A DNA stretch of 63,787 bases, filler included, from Phoronis australis (taxonomy: Eukaryota; Animalia; Phoronida): the NCBI GenBank assembly GCA_002633005.1. It is 8 parts of 8 records of this genome, joined end to end, with 100 filler letters (N's around TTAATTAATTAA, not from the genome) between each part and the next. Parts side by side here need not be neighbours in the genome. Positions count along the whole stretch, not along the records: positions 37,729 to 40,496 come from NMRA01003438.1; positions 40,597 to 47,447 come from NMRA01001073.1; positions 47,548 to 55,566 come from NMRA01001946.1; 5 more parts are not named here. One strand, given 5' to 3'. Below are positions 39,601-53,037 of the stretch, piece by piece. Below the pieces are notes generated by a model that was given only the letters and a program-made list of their open reading frames with translations, did no database searches and was not told the origin of the DNA. A program made the translations under genes and the position numbers. Position 1 is the first letter of the stretch, and every line of letters begins with the position of its first letter.

Positions 39601-39890
39601 CACCCTTATTCTGCGAGAGGCCAGCATTGGTTCACTTTTGAGCAGGTGTTAGTTGGGCGGTAGGCAACACGTAGCCCCTCGGTTGGCCGATTAGGGGCTA
39701 CAATACTTCCCATCGATTTCTGTACGCATTTCGTTCCATGTATCTTAAACGGGCGATAGGCCAAATCTAGCCACCGATTTTGAGTTTTCACCTCGTCAAA
39801 AATACATTCCACACTTTTAAACTGTCACTTAATTGCCTAGTTGGGCAGCAGCGTTTTTTGTTTTGTACTCTCACTTGCTGTCCTTCGAAT

Positions 39891-40031
39891 CATGAGCAGC
39901 GCACCATAGGGGGCTGGAGGGCTATAGCCCCCATTTATTTCAGGGGTGAGCCGCTCATGGCCTATGAGCGGTGCGCCACAAGGGACTGGGGCTATAGCCC
40001 CCCTACTTTTTTCAGTGCTGCGCCGCCCATG
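39891..40031. mobile_element. Small GC-rich hAT-type MITE; related fragment at about 24720-24801
   Basis: CATGAGCAGCGC ... GCGCCGCCCATG; internal GGGCTATAGCCCCC twice; the reverse complement of the 3' end matches CATGTGCGGCGCAGCATTGAAAAAAGT at 24760. Confidence 0.6.
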
Positions 40032-40596
40032 CGATTCCTGCGTTCGCAGACAGATTATGGTAGTGTTACAAGAAGCAAGACATCGATATTTTGCTGCGTG
40101 GAGAACAACACCTTCGCGGTGACCGGTGGATGCGGTGTGAATTTTATAACTTGGGATGACAAAAGGGGGGTTAATATGGCTATTGGTAGTTGTAGATTTG
40201 TGATTCAGTTGCGAATGTGTTGTGATACAGTCCATGGAACTGGCGGAAATCGAAGTTGAGCAGTGGCGACTCTCGTTGAAATTAAACCTAAAATTCAGAA
40301 TTTTTGCAACTGCTAAACGTTGAAGAACTTACCGACAAATCTATGGTCTAGCATTGTTTTGAATCCTAGCGCGATTACACTGGCGGTTTTATACAGCAGG
40401 CAACAAATATGCAATATTGTGTATATTTAGATGGTTCTCGACAAGCCTAATGTTGACTCGCTTGTTTAGCTAAACATTGTAATCTGCCATAAAGATNNNN
40501 NNNNNNNNNNNNNNNNNNNNNNNNNNNNNNNNNNNNNNNNTTAATTAATTAANNNNNNNNNNNNNNNNNNNNNNNNNNNNNNNNNNNNNNNNNNNN

Positions 40597-41400
40597 CTCT
40601 CTCTAACTCTACAGACATAGTGTATACTAGAGGTACACGTCAAAAAGTAATTCAACAGTTTATTTTTAGTGACAACAGCTCGACCAAGGCTTTGAGTTCC
40701 GGCAGTAATCCAGTGCCCTTCCCTGTGCCGATCGAATCTCTGAATTTTGACCGGGAGAATTCAGTTGAACGCCAGCTAACGGTTTATGAATAACAAAACT
40801 ATACCTCTGATACGAAACAAAATAATGTCCATTAGGTTGAAATAAATAAAAAAAACGTAAAATAAAAATGTCCTTGAAAACAACAGTTTACGGGGACTAC
40901 CGAGTAGAGTGCTGAGATCCAGCAGGTGCCGAGACAAAGGCGGCCAGACGTAGCCATCTCGGGAGTCAAAATCTGAGATAGCCCTGCACCATAGCTAACA
41001 AGCTGAAAAGTGCGTATCTTGGAACTAATATATTTGTGTTTATTATAGCCTTCGAGTTATCAAGCAACATCGCAAAGTTCAGCTGCTCGTGTGGCCGTAC
41101 AGTTTGATCCATAGTTTACGCTTTTCAACATCATTTTTCGACTTAGGACATGCCAAAAATGACGGGATATTATTCTGGAGCAGCATAACGACTGTCGGTG
41201 CTACACACGTCATATCAACACCGTTTCCCCATTCTTAGCGGACAACTTCTTGAGCTATAGACTAAAGTAAGTTTTACTCGACTGCGTGTGGTTTGTCGGG
41301 TAAAATGGCGGCTTGGAAACGCAGACGAAGGTGTGCCAAGAATGCTGCGTTCTGATTGGTCAATTAAGCCGTCCGTCATAATCCTGGCAATAGGTCAATT
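40597..41400 (-). mobile_element. Second copy (inverted, gap-truncated) of the THAP-bearing element at 20062
   Basis: Highly similar reverse complement of about 20059-20853, ending CCTGGCAATAGGTCAATT. Confidence 0.9.
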
Positions 41401-42151
41401 GTCAGTTATGTCGAACTTTACTCCATTTGGACATTGATATTGCATTTGAAAAAGTAAGAGGTCTAATCAAGAGAAAAATACTTTTGTGACGGAAGGCGAA
41501 TTTAGTCATGTAGCCGATTCAATTTAAACAAACTCATTTGAGAAAAATACTGAAACCACCACCTTCCATTTGAAAAATCGCCATTATCAAACAACTGCAA
41601 ACACATATAAAATCGTTTCATATGCTGTTTGAAAAAGATGCCTTTAACATAATTCAAATTCAAATGATCTTTAAGCACATAAATGTATTTACTTGATTTT
41701 TTGATGAAAACATGGATTCAAGATCCTCGTTCCAGTTCGCCATCTCAGATTTTTCCTGGAAAAATGTCGCTTGAAAATTTCACTGTTCAAATGCAACCAT
41801 AAAGTCATTATGTCATTTCCCCGTGAAATTTGCTAAAGCTATGTAACCTCATCCACTGTCCAGAATAACGAAAAAACTCGGAAGCAAGGGAAATGAACCC
41901 TTAGAGGTAGCAAGCAAGATAAAGGGGGTGGTAGGGACGTGAAGCTGACGTGTGCTAATTTTCAATTTCATACTTTTATGTGGCATTTTCATAATTTCAT
42001 TTTGTGATGTTAACTCTGATCAAACGGTTTGAAAGTTCGAATTTTTAATTTGTAATGAACTTGAGTTGCACTGCACGTGACTTTAGATGAATTTACCGTA
42101 GTTGGCTACAGACAGGCCCAGCTTTATAAAAACTAGACACGTAGACAAACG

Positions 42152-42309
42152 CATGCGCGCACCCAGGGGAAAAGTCAAAGAGAAAGAGACGAAAGTCCAC
42201 AATACAGCAGTACCCCGTTTTTTATTTTAGTTCTCACGCTTTTTGTTAGCAAAAGGTCCACTTTGCCAGAGATTCGAGCCCCCCGTATTAGAGGCTGGGT
42301 GCGCGCATG
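42152..42309. mobile_element. MITE with TIR CATGCGCGCACCCAG
   Basis: Perfect 15-bp TIR; family members at 42589-42731 and about 58168-58290. Confidence 0.8.
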
Positions 42310-42588
42310 AAATGTCTACACAAATTGCACCCAATGCAGCTTTTGGTTTAAACGCGGGCTTCTTTTTCAAAGTTTGGTCAGGTATAAATAACGCCACAAA
42401 CATGGAGGTTCACTGAAACACGTCTACCTTACAGATGTGACAATCCCTAGCCACGGGAAACTTGAGAGGCCGACAAAAATACTAATGATGAAATACCGGT
42501 GATGATAATCATCCACTTTGTTAATTTACTTCACCTACACAATTGGAAATAGCCGCTAAAATGAAACTCATTCGAGTAAGCACCACTT

Positions 42589-42731
42589 CATGCGCGCACT
42601 CAGAGGGGGGGTTCGACCCCCCCCCCCCATTTGGCGAAATGGGCAAAAAGGTCTGCCCGCTCTCTTGTTAACAACAGGTCCATAACGTCAGGAATTCGAG
42701 CCCCCAATTTTGAAGACTGGGTGCGCGCATG
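42589..42731. mobile_element. MITE, same family as 42152-42309
   Basis: CATGCGCGCACTCAG ... CTGGGTGCGCGCATG, shared ATTCGAGCCCCC motif. Confidence 0.8.
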
Positions 42732-43738
42732 CACGTGAGTCCCTGGACAGCCCCAATATGGTAGAACCCAAGGAGCTCAAATCGGGGTTAAGTCAGGATG
42801 GGCATAAATAAGGAAATTTACTGTATCAACAGATTTGACAAATAAGAATAAGATACAAAGCATTGATACAGTGTACACGCGCACAGTATCTGGGTCTATC
42901 ATTTTCCTGCCGCAAGCGATTGAACCAATCGGATCACCAATGGCGCAAACCTTTCGAAAACAAGCCTGATTTTTAGGGAGTCTGTTACTGCTCTTTATAT
43001 TTTCAAAACTTTAATTTGTTATAGTTAATTTATTTACTGTGCACCTCAATGAGACCACTTCATATATATGCATTTAACACGATTAATACATTGTAAAACC
43101 ATAGATTATGCACTATCAACATGAGACAAAAACAGTACACCCCTTTATTAAAAAATGGGTTAAAGGTTAGAAACAAAGGACGAGAGTGTAGACAAGTTTC
43201 CATCACTTGCAACATCGATTTTTTACGGTGGACGTTGGAGAAGAACATCAGTCTGGTGACAGCAACACGGAATCGTACGAAGGCAATGATTTTCGAAATT
43301 TGATTCGTTGTGTTGTTTGTCATTTTTTCCTACAGTTCAGGATTATTTGTGGATACAGGAACAAGAGCTGAACGATGCAAGGTTCGTGACAACGTTGGTG
43401 AACGGTAATATCTATCTATGGTGTTACAACTGTCATCGATATTGTCATCTCCTCTGTTTTCATCCAACCTTCCCAGATGAAAACTTGAATTAAGAGGACC
43501 TTCAGTACTTGAGTGAGCATGGTATACTGTGTGATTTATGTTGAATTATTCAACGGTTCTTTTGAGAACCATTTCACGCTATACCTACAACCAACGGCCC
43601 TTTTAAGGGCCACTCAACACTTCCCAGAAGAACTGCTCACTTGAGAATGTTGATTTATAAACACGCTTTCGTAGTTTTCTCAGTAGGCCTATGTGAACCG
43701 TAAATCAAAAGCTGTCCGATAACTATGCTGCTATTGGG

Positions 43739-45848
43739 CACAGGCGCTTGGGTTTATCGCAAATGACGTCACTCAATAATGTATATAAGAAAACATAAAG
43801 GTTGGACACTCGATATCTGTTTAGCCGGGGCTCCCAATTTCAACCGTCCAAAATCGAAATAAAATCTGCGTGCACCTCCCTTAGCCTGGTATTGCATAAA
43901 CATTCGATGCCTTATCTTTCCTAGATCCCATCAACTGTCTTCGTGAGTGGTGAAGTGGCGATGGAATTTCCAAAACAATCTCAAAACTCTGAATTCAAGG
44001 ACCTGAAATAGTAAACATGGCGGATTTCAGTTGTGCTTCAACTTGTACGCCTGACGCAGGTGAAACTTCAAGTTTGAGCAAGCAAACTATATTTCAAATT
44101 CAATAATTCTAATCCAAAACTCAACTAATTGAGAACGTTAAAGTTAGTATTTTAATGCTTATTTGTAACTTAATTCAACTGACAGCTCATTTAGCCCTTA
44201 ACTTAGAACTTTATTACATAAACTGTCGTATCTTGTTTCTCATCTTGACATCACGCACTTTTTTGATTGAAGCACAACACACACTATGCCAGGAAACGCA
44301 GCCCGTGCAAGTATTACAATGCGCGTGGCCGACGAGTTAACTCAATGGTTTTGGCAAAAAAATAAAACCTTCATAAGAAATCACAGTACACAAAAAACTT
44401 CGCATATCAATACAGTATCAGGATAATTTATGTTTGACACAAATATGTGAGTAATTACATTTATTTGGCAATAAAGTGCTCTCTGCTTCTCATGATCAAG
44501 TAGTCGATGGATTGACGGCGAAAGCCGCGCGAAATTAGACTTTCGGATTTTGCTCGGGAGCGTCGGTCAAAACCCGGATGTGCGAAGACCGTCTGCCATG
44601 ACATCACGGAATCGGGTCCTTGAATTTCTGATTTTGGCATTCTTTTGGCATTTTTGTCGCCAAATCACCACTCGAAGGCAATTTGAAGAAATGAAATGAA
44701 AGAAGGTATTCTAAGAGTTGTCCGATGCTAGTTTCGTGGAGTTCCATGCACATTTGAGTAGAAAATTCTGAGCAAACAGATTTTGAGTGTCCAACCTTTA
44801 TGTTTTCTTATATATATATTGTGACGTCATTTGCGATAAACCCAAGCGCCCTGTGCAAAAGGTACCTGCTCATCCAAAACCTTTACGGCTAACAGATGGC
44901 GCTGGATGCAATGATGCTTTACTAACAGGCAGCGCTGCTTACAGTCATGTGACATTCTTGTGTGAACTGAATCTTGACCCAGCACCTTGACCTACATTCT
45001 ACAGCTGCTGACGTCACATCGCCGTTGTGACAACGTGACATGATGAGCTCAGTGCTTCACTCTTTGTTTATAAGGTCAGCTGTTATTAAGCATGGCCACT
45101 AACATGTTCATAGTGCATTGTTCAGTTCATTAAATAGATACTTTATAAGTTGAAACCATTCTCCTTTGCCGTTGAAAGAACATAAAATATTACAGACGTT
45201 TCTACTTGGTGAACCATCAGCTGCCGTCCCGTGCCACGACCAGTCCGGTCTGCTGGGCTCAGTGTCGTTGGCTAACGAGACACTGGACGAAAAAGAAAAT
45301 ATCGCAAGAGAATAAAACCTAACATGCATATCACCATGTATAATTCAAGTATAATTTAATAAAAATATAGTGGCTATATTTCAACCTAATTAAAATTATG
45401 GTTGTTGAGTTGCCAAAACTTTTATCTCGCCGGGCGGAAAAGTGGCCGGGCCCGGTTTAGTAGCCTCACCATGGTCACGTTCATTGAATATATATTTTAC
45501 CCCAGTGTTTAGGCCGAGCAACCACAACAGCGTAGATTATTAACACTTTCATCTTAATTATATGTTATAAATAGTTATTAGAAATGGGGTATTAAACATG
45601 GAATGTCGGACACAAAGATTTCTTTTCCACACAAATTCGCCACTCATCAGGACATACACTGTCTGGTTCATGAACTCTCGTGACCTGTGGCTACAGTCAG
45701 CAGCAGCAGAATGTAGGTCAAGGTACTTGGTTAAGATTCTCTGGCAGACAGTCTTATTTGAGCTATAAAATGACACGTGATTGGTGAGAAGCGCCACCTG
45801 TTTGCCGTAAAGGTTTTGGATGAGCGGGTACCTTTTGCAGCGCCTGTG
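43739..45848. mobile_element. Composite non-autonomous DNA element made of two adjacent foldback modules, with perfect TSD
   Basis: CTATTGGG|CACAGGCGCT ... AGCGCCTGTG|CTATTGGG; module 1 (43739-44855) has about 75-bp near-perfect IRs extending imperfectly to about 270 bp; module 2 (44854-45848) has about 50-bp IRs. Confidence 0.85.
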
Positions 45849-46199
45849 CTATTGGGCAAGCAGACGACATAAAGTAGGGCGGTCGAAGTCGGCCATTTTG
45901 TTTTTGGATGGGTCATTTTCAATGTACCAAGTTCCATTTTCAAAATTTTTTATTAGTTAAACTCCACATTCTTAAGCTACAAAAAGTAAAGTAACAGGTT
46001 CTCAAATAAACGTTCTAAACGTACAATAAATGAGTCTGACCTCTCTGCCCACTAAAGTGTGAAATTCCACCTTTGAATGAAGGTCCAGGTTCAGGAATCC
46101 CAGTCTCGTGAAACCGCGGCACCGACAAGAAGGCATTTTTCAGCTCTTTGCGCATGTTGGATTCACCAGCTGGGGGGGTGCATTAAATGTTTTTATATA

Positions 46200-46870
46200 A
46201 AAGAAAGGTCAAATTTTCACTTTCCGGACGAAGAATTTTTTATTTCGTCCTTAAACATAAAAATTTTGTTAAATTTCAACTTTAGAGCAAAATAAATACA
46301 AGTTAATTTTTTTTCAAAATTCTTCGCCCGGTTCTTTATAGGCCAACCTCCCCTTAAAATATTGGACTGAACTGCATTCAAGTGTCACATGTCCCTGACG
46401 TGCGCAAAAGCGTTATGTGAGTGTATCTAAAACCGCTTTTGAAATATTGGCTGGGGACGTCACTTCGGCGAGGTGATTTTGCCGTGCTGAACATCAACGT
46501 GAAAATTTAACCTATCAAACAAAACTCACATTAACAGGTCCAGAAACACTCAGTATACTATCTCCAAATCTTTTCATGGACTTCATCTGCATTTTCATAC
46601 TCCACGGGACGTTCAATTTCGACCTTAAGCTCAAAATTCACCAACCACCCAAAATCGACGACATACCGGCAAGTGACCGAGTTTGCCCACATAGGATAGT
46701 CCTTACGAAGGGGTGTGAAGGTTATTTGTGTGCGAAGATATGGTCAAATTTTTGGAATCTTGACGAAGAATTTTTATTTTTATTAGAAGTCCTATTTTTG
46801 TAAAATTTAAAATTAATTGGAAATTTCTACGTCAAGAAAAAAGAAAATTTTTCGCCCGGTTTTATGAGTA
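46200..46870 (+). repeat. Diverged direct repeat of about 130 bp (46205-46340 and 46740-46868)
   Basis: GGTCAAATTTT...GACGAAGAATTTTT...TTCGCCCGGTT in both copies. Confidence 0.65.
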
Positions 46871-49800
46871 CACCACCTCCTCTAAATAATGCACCAATCA
46901 CAATACAAATGTAACCAGAGTTGAGTGCGCAAAAGATACAAAGTTTCATGAAAGCTGTGGATTTTCCACTTCCACGTGATTTGTAATGGCAGCCAAGTAA
47001 ACAAATTATGCAGTGTCTTTTGATCACATTTTATCTATTTTTAGGGCCATTTTGCACAGTGAAAGCCAGTTTCATTTCAAGAAGATAAAGGAAGTGAATT
47101 TTCATGAATTTTAACAAGTTACTGGAGTATTTTAAATGACTAACTGTATGATTTTTAAGCTTGTATCAGTGCCTTCAACTGATTGATTTTCTATTTCAGT
47201 ACAGATCACTTGAAGGGGTGCCTTCTTCTGTGGTACATCTTCCCCTGTACTGCCAAAATGAAGTCGTATTGTAATGAATTGCTGTGCCAAGCTGAGGACT
47301 GATTTCACTATTTCTGATTCAGTTATGAGATAACTAAAAGATTGGAAAAATAAATGAGAAGCATGTTTTGTACTGATGAGAAAAAAGTTTCCTTGATGAT
47401 AACGTATCTTATGTAAAAGAGGTCTTCATTTCTATCTCAGTCAAAAANNNNNNNNNNNNNNNNNNNNNNNNNNNNNNNNNNNNNNNNNNNNTTAATTAAT
47501 TAANNNNNNNNNNNNNNNNNNNNNNNNNNNNNNNNNNNNNNNNNNNNGGCATTAGGAAAAGAAAATATGAAAAAAGACACAAGGTTGAAAAATAATAAGG
47601 AGTATTTCTGACTGAGTCACATGAGAATGACTGTATTAACTTACCACTTGTACCTGTATAAACTTTAGGTTCCTGTGAAACAGTGCCATCTATTGTTGCA
47701 TGTTACCATCTGATGTCACCCAACCTTCTGGTAATCTGAACACCAGAGCCAACTTTGCTATTTACTGCCACTTCACACACATTATGTCTCAATGCCAATG
47801 TCGCCCTCTGATGGCTAAGATATCTGTCTCCGGGTTTTTGCCTATGTTAGCTGCACAAAGGGGGCGCTAATGGCAGTTTACAACATCATACGACCATCAT
47901 TTGGCAGAAAATTTTGTTGAAAAGTGATTTTTTCTCCAAATTTAGAACAATTTTTAGATGCTGATTTGTCTTGACTGTTGGGATCAAAGCTAATATGGCA
48001 ACTTGATATTCTGGCAATGTTGTTACATTAAAAATTGTTAATATCGACTATGGACCCACAGTTTCAACTGTCTGCCAATGTACATGTAGTAAGCTTTCAG
48101 AACTATATTGTTTTCAAGTTTCAGTAAGCAAAGAATGATTTTATAATCTTATTTTGTTTGTGCACCCAAACTGACAAATTGACACTGGGAAGTGAGTCTA
48201 ACAGCAGAAGGATGGCAGTGAGAGTTAAGCCCCCAAGTATCATTTTATTTTCAACTAAGCAATTTTAGGGTTGGCTTACACCAATTAAGCCACAATAGTT
48301 GTCTTATGTAACTCACTAGTGATAATGCTACTTTTGTTGGACACTGGAAACGAGAGCGCTCGAAAGAGCGACACTTGGCGGAATTAATCGAAAAGACGAT
48401 AATGAGAGCGACGACGACAATCATGACGATCAAGGCGGCAATAATGGATAACACGGTAACAACAAAGTGAACTAACTGAAAGCCAGCCAGCTGCGTGCAT
48501 ACGTGACCGAAGGAACAACGGTATCCGAAAATCTAGAATAATTCAAAAATTAGACGTCGTAGCGCAAAATGGAAAATATCATCTGAAAGCCCGTTCAAAA
48601 CTCTATCTNNNNNNNNNNNNNNNNNNNNNNNNNNNNNNNNNNNNNNNNNNNNNNNNNNNNNNNNNNNNNNNNNNNNNNNNNNNNNNNNNNNNNNNNNNNN
48701 NNNNNNNNNNNNNNNNNNNNNNNNNNNNNNNNNNNNNNNNNNNNNNNNNNNNNNNNNNNNNNNNNNNNNNNNNNNNNNNNNNNNNNNNNNNNNNNNNNNN
48801 NNNNNNNNNNNNNNNNNNNNNNNNNNNNNNNNNNNNNNNNNNNNNNNNNNNNNNNNNNNNNNNNNNNNNNNNNNNNNNNNNNNNNNNNNNNNNNNNNNNN
48901 NNNNNNNNNNNNNNNNNNNNNNNNNNNNNNNNNNNNNNNNNNNNNNNNNNNNNNNNNNNNNNNNNNNNNNNNNNNNNNNNNNNNNNNNNNNNNNNNNNNN
49001 NNNNNNNNNNNNNNNNNNNNNNNNNNNNNNNNNNNNNNNNNNNNNNNNNNNNNNNNNNNNNNNNNNNNNNNNNNNNNNNNNNNNNNNNNNNNNNNNNNNN
49101 NNNNNNNNNNNNNNNNNNNNNNNNNNNNNNNNNNNNNNNNNNNNNNNNNNNNNNNNNNNNNNNNNNNNNNNNNNNNNNNNNNNNNNNNNNNNNNNNNNNN
49201 NNNNNNNNNNNNNNNNNNNNNNNNNNNNNNNNNNNNNNNNNNNNNNNNNNNNNNNNNNNNNNNNNNNNNNNNNNNNNNNNNNNNNNNNNNNNNNNNNNNN
49301 NNNNNNNNNNNNNNNNNNNAAAACAAAAAAAAAAAAAAAAAACTTGCTGTCAAAGCAACATACTTGGCGGAAGAATTCCGCCAAGTAATAAAAGGGTAAA
49401 AGAGACCCATTTAATAAGAGTAAAAAAATCCATTTTTGTTTTCTAGCCAGCTTAACAAGGAAAAGTGGAAATACCGGTAGGTCTCTGACTGCTTGTGCTA
49501 TTAGGAGTGTTTCTCACTTCTACTTTAATTATTTTCATTGCCTAGTATATTTTTCTAGTATTTTCACCAAGGGAACTTAACTGCTGTAAGCTTCAACCAG
49601 ACACAACAGTTGGGTAACATAAACACCACAGCTTGACACTGTTTAGAACAGATGTGAACGTTTATAATACCAAGGCCATTCTATAAACCATTCTCTCTAA
49701 GTTGGCACAAAATCACACTCACAGCCAGCAATCAAGGTCTGTGACTGAGGGGGTTAGAAATGACCTCCTCAGCAATAGAAACACATCTGACATGCTTGCT

Positions 49801-52245
49801 CATCATTCTTCAAGCACTTTGACAGAAAGGGAAACAAAGAACAAAGAACAGACATGGAAAAAATAAAAGGTCATCAGGGGCACAACATAGGGTGATATCC
49901 GTCTGACACAGGGCAGGTACTGTTGTCTGTCTCCTGTGATTGTCAAATTTCATTCCATCCACCATTGATATCAAAACCAACACAAACACAAAGAAAACCA
50001 AAATTGTCTCAAGGATTCTCCACAGTACTTGGATTTGTCCACATCAGTGGTACTCTCTTCACTAGAAACACATGTCAAAGTCTATGAAGATCCTTCAAGG
50101 AATTTGGTAGCTTTTGAGCCAACAGGAAAAAAAATTGCCACCAAGGTCCTCACAAAACATCCTCAGAAGTTGCTCTTCCCTGTAGGAGCACATATGCCGA
50201 ATTGCAAAATGATTCTTAGAGTGAATTAGCCGACAGAGTGGCAAATGCCTCAAAATAATACAAATGGCCACAAGAGGGCGTACAACATCAATTCCAGTTG
50301 TGCATTGTGGGTAAATACAGCAAGATTCAAATGACGGTGTGTAATCCAAGATGGCCCAATTGAAGAAACTTTAATGCATACACATCCCCCATTACAATTC
50401 CCAACTCTTAATTTGTGATATCAACTGATAATACAACGCCACCTGCAGGGTGGTAATAATCGCTGCTTAATTATTTATATACAATCATTTTGACATTTTT
50501 CATTTTAATGCCAAAAAGCACAGAACCCCATTGTAATGCTCATTGACACCAAAAAGGTGGCAACCTGTAAGGGTGCAAAGGAGTGAAAGTAAAGCACTGC
50601 AAATCTCACCGATTTCGGACAGAAATAATTGCCAAAATTGCCCTTTTCTTATTTTTCACGGCATTCTTACATTGTCGTGAGTGCCCAGAAGTTTTCAAAT
50701 TTTTGCATTTTATGGTAGATATCTCACAAAACCTGAACAGGGTTAAGAATAAATTTGGTGCTATATATTTTATATAAAAAATGAAAAAAATAAAAATTAA
50801 GCTCTCGGCCATGTTATGTCCCAAACTGATGAGATTTTACGGTGGTTTACTTGTCCGACTGGTCAGCTCAGACAAATGTAAGCAGTCCAACTTTTCAAAG
50901 ACTAGGTTAATCATACTTTGTCTCTACAAAAAATGCAGTTCCTACTGGAGACATGACAGCTGTCTCTCACATTCAGCCAAGGACAATCTTGTTTCACCCA
51001 ATAGATTTTCCTAACCAATGAACAGAAACTGCTTAGCAACTGACCATCAATTATTATCAGTAATCAGATCTTTAAATGAATAGAATCAAACCTGGTTATT
51101 GCGTAAACTTCAGACATGGACAGATAAGACTATACACTGAAAATGTCAATTTGCCCTTTTCCATCAACAGGGACGCTTCGCTTCAGTGTTTCAGATGCAG
51201 GTCGAGAAGCTCAACTTTGCTGTTGACGTCAACATATATAATTAAGTAGCGGAATTATTAATCAGATGGAAATAGTCTTAAGTTAATGTTCAATATGTAC
51301 TCATATGAAAAGTTGATGGTTCGTAGACAAAGGTGTGGCTTGATCAACAGCAAAATCCTGTACTAGTACTATTTACTACAACTAGTTCTCTTTACTACTA
51401 CTACTATTACTACAACTACTACAACTAAATAGTGACACAGCTCTATTTTACCCATAACTTGCTGCATGCCATGTTTATTACAAGGCCACCTTCAGGAAGA
51501 TTGAATAACTACTTGAGCATGTCTACTGCAAAATGATCATTGTTTGATTTGTGGCCAGCATTGATCAATTTGATTGATTATACTTTTTAATATTTCGTAA
51601 TAAGTAACCAAAACTATTAGAATCATTGTGTCTGCTACTAAAGTATAATTTCTGTTCAAAAACTATCATTCCGTCCATTTCCATTATCGCGGAAAACCAG
51701 GGTCTATAATTATTTACTGGCGTTCAAATAGAACAACTCCAAATCAAAGGTAAAACAGCAGACAATCACAGTGGAGCATACAATTGTCAAGTGCGTCAAA
51801 CTGAAGAGCAAGTGAGAACCTCATGTGACATCCAAAATAATTGCAGCCAGCATTCAGGCAATCAGGCAGTCCATTCTTCATATATTGTATGGACATTGAG
51901 ATGTATATTCTAAACAGAAATAATGTATATTCTAAACAGAACTAACATTAAAAAGTCCACTTGCCCTACATGCTGGAACCCGAAACTGGGTCACCAGTCT
52001 GTGAGTTGCCCATCTAAACTGACCAATTGCTCGCTGTTGAGCGATTTAGAGAAGTCAACGTACAACACAACTGAAAGTCAACTGAAACACCACTACGCCA
52101 CTGGTCAAATATAGCTATCCCTGGACTGCTACATTCGAATACAGGCAAACAATCTTCCTACTCCCACAATGCAGACAGCGCTGCCTGGCGGCAGATCTGA
52201 GAAACATTCCTAACCCCCTAGAATTTTCCCTCACTAACATATGTA

Positions 52246-53037
52246 CAGTCAAGTGACCTAATTATCGAACGTTTCGGCACATTTTGCATTATATATAATT
52301 GAAATTACTACGGATTGTTGTAAATTCTTTGCTGAAATAAAGGTTTACCCTTATAGAATTGTTCTGTTACTATATCTTGTCACCGAAAGCAATATTTATG
52401 TTCTGACTGATCCTTAAAAAACACAACTAGCAAACCTTCGGAGAACCGAAATATCGGACACCATGTTTCTACATACACCACACCACTGAAAACTGACTAA
52501 CCACGTAATGTCTGCGGGCACCTTGTAGCCAAATTTCAGCTCGAGTGTTTTGACATATATGCTGCTAGCTAGAACACAGGTCCATTCGCAACAAAATTAT
52601 CCATAAAATGAAATCTGATGATGGCGACAAGTCGTTTCAATGAATCAGTGCAGACGACTAAAGTACGTGCAAACTCATAGCAGCTTTTAGTACATCTCTT
52701 TGGCTTCTTGATATGACACCTGCACGTACGCGGTCAGGGTTTGACTTGAGTTTAAAAACAAATGAAAAAATGGAACAGTGACATATTGTCAGTTCCATGA
52801 GATGGTTTCATTGTGGAAAAAATATTTTGTTATCAACTTTTATAACCGATTTATGCGATCGTCCATTTTAGGCCGACTTGGGGGTCTAAATTGCACCCTC
52901 TCTCGGTGAAATCAAAATGAGGCAACACTGTAAAAAACGAGACGGTGCCGGACATTGAATGCATTACAGCGAAATAAAAATTGGTGTCATTTAATTCCGA
53001 TATTTAGGGTCCGTCCGATAATTAGGTACACTATGTG
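52246..53037. mobile_element. Tc1/pogo-like MITE
   Basis: TA|CAGTCAAGTGACCTAATTATCGAACG ... CGTCCGATAATTAGGTACACTATGTG|TA. Confidence 0.65.

Noticed and set aside
39780-40259. 159-aa and 132-aa overlapping ORFs
   Set aside because: They span a GC-rich MITE and show no protein motifs.
43337-43511. Plus-strand exon after ttttcctacag
   Set aside because: All three frames hit a stop before the best donor; no domain recognised.
47645-47653. 9-nt minus-strand microexon (cag|GTACAAGTG|gtaagt)
   Set aside because: No polypyrimidine tract; could arise by chance.
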